DNA of 26,823 bases from contig JBGSIY010000918.1 in NCBI GenBank assembly GCA_041742275.1, forward strand, positions 1-26,823, read 5' to 3'. The notes below the pieces were generated by a model. The model was not told where the DNA came from, made no database searches, and was given only the letters and a program-made list of their open reading frames with translations. Of the stretch, positions 25,974-26,823 are shown one piece after another (the stretch's first letter is position 1; each line of letters begins with the position of its first letter). This stretch comes from Pirellulaceae bacterium. GTDB taxonomy: Bacteria; Planctomycetota; Planctomycetia; Pirellulales; Pirellulaceae. A program made the position numbers and the translations under genes.

Positions 25974-26823
25974 ATGCTTAATCGAACCTTGGGGCGGTAC
26001 GTTGCCGTCTATTTACTTTGCGCTGGCTTTTTGGCCTGTGTTTCCGAGCCGTTGTTGGCTCAGCAAAAAAAACCTAATATTCTTGTGATTTGGGGTGACG
26101 ATATCGGCACCTGGAACATCAGCCACAACAGCCGTGGGATGATGGGCTACAAGACGCCGAACATTGACCGCATCGCCAAGGAAGGCGTGGGCTTCACCGA
26201 CTACTACGCGCAGCAGAGTTGTACGGCCGGTCGCGCCGCATTCATCAGCGGCTCGGTGCCGGTTCGTTCAGGCATGACGAAGGTCGGAATGCCCGGTGCG
26301 AAGGAAGGCTGGCAAAAGACCGACTGCACCATGGCCACGGTCCTCAAAAGTCAGGGCTACGCAACGGGGCAGTTCGGAAAAAACCACCAGGGAGATCGCG
26401 ACGAACACTTGCCAACCATGCACGGATTCGATGAGTTCTTTGGCAGCCTCTACCACCTCAATGCCGAGGAAGAGCCGGAGAACGAGGACTATCCCGGCGA
26501 CATGATCCTGGCCAATGGCAAGACATTTCGCGAAGTCTTCGGTCCACGTGGCATGATCAAGTCCACGGCTGATGGCAAGGGCGGTCAGACCATAGAAAAT
26601 CTTGTACCTCTGACAAAAAACCACATGGAGACGATCGACGATGAAACCAATGACGCGGCAAAGGATTTCATCAAGCGACAGGCCGCAGCAGAGCAACCCT
26701 TTTTCTGCTGGTGGAACGCGACCCGTATGCACTTCCGCACCCACGTCCGGAAAGAACACCGCCATCCGGGCAATGACGAATACACCGACGGCATGATTGA
26801 ACACGACGCCCTGGTCGGCGAAC
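25974..26823 (+). CDS. Arylsulfatase (type I, Cys-formylglycine), 5' part, running off the window
   Basis: Shine-Dalgarno AAGGAG at 25961-25966, ATG 25974, signal peptide, KPNILVIWGDDIG, TPNIDRIAKEG, QQSCTAGRAAFISG (CxxxR signature), GKNHQGD, HGFDEFFG. The frame is open to base 26823. It is absent from the ORF track because no stop lies in the window. Confidence 0.93.
   Translation, partial: MLNRTLGRYVAVYLLCAGFLACVSEPLLAQQKKPNILVIWGDDIGTWNISHNSRGMMGYKTPNIDRIAKEGVGFTDYYAQQSCTAGRAAFISGSVPVRSGMTKVGMPGAKEGWQKTDCTMATVLKSQGYATGQFGKNHQGDRDEHLPTMHGFDEFFGSLYHLNAEEEPENEDYPGDMILANGKTFREVFGPRGMIKSTADGKGGQTIENLVPLTKNHMETIDDETNDAAKDFIKRQAAAEQPFFCWWNATRMHFRTHVRKEHRHPGNDEYTDGMIEHDALVGE

Noticed and set aside
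26268-26804. 178-aa minus-strand ORF and other short ORFs at the right end
   Set aside because: They are antisense or off-frame to the arylsulfatase, which the ORF track missed only because it has no stop in the window.

Overview
Bacterial chromosomal window, most likely a planctomycete (Pirellulaceae-like). That assignment rests on my recognition of the protein families and no database search was run. The left two-thirds (1-17.5 kb) is mostly housekeeping: the probable 3' end of glyA, a TPR protein, an RsmB/RsmF-type m5C methyltransferase, def-fmt, folK, a glycogen cluster (glgA, GalT-like nucleotidyltransferase, GH57 glucanotransferase), an HTTM membrane protein, a secreted CocE/NonD hydrolase, a RAYT-like HUH protein and tcdA. 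The right third (17.5-26.8 kb) looks accessory: a decayed IS3 remnant, two divergent outer-membrane beta-barrels, a MASE1-PAS histidine kinase with a FixJ-like regulator, a broken receiver::FGE chimera and the start of an arylsulfatase. No rRNA, tRNA or CRISPR array was seen. The strongest leads are (1) a solitary RAYT-like protein with H-W-Q in place of the HUH motif and no visible REP array, (2) a 1.3-kb def/folK intergenic region with three unrelated tandem-repeat families, palindromes, a terminator and a small hydrophobic ORF, (3) a GalT-like enzyme inside a glycogen cluster with no glgC in the window, and (4) a porin/two-component/sulfatase module showing a deletion-fusion and an abrupt codon-usage shift. 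None is proven to be an undescribed system. All are testable hypotheses.
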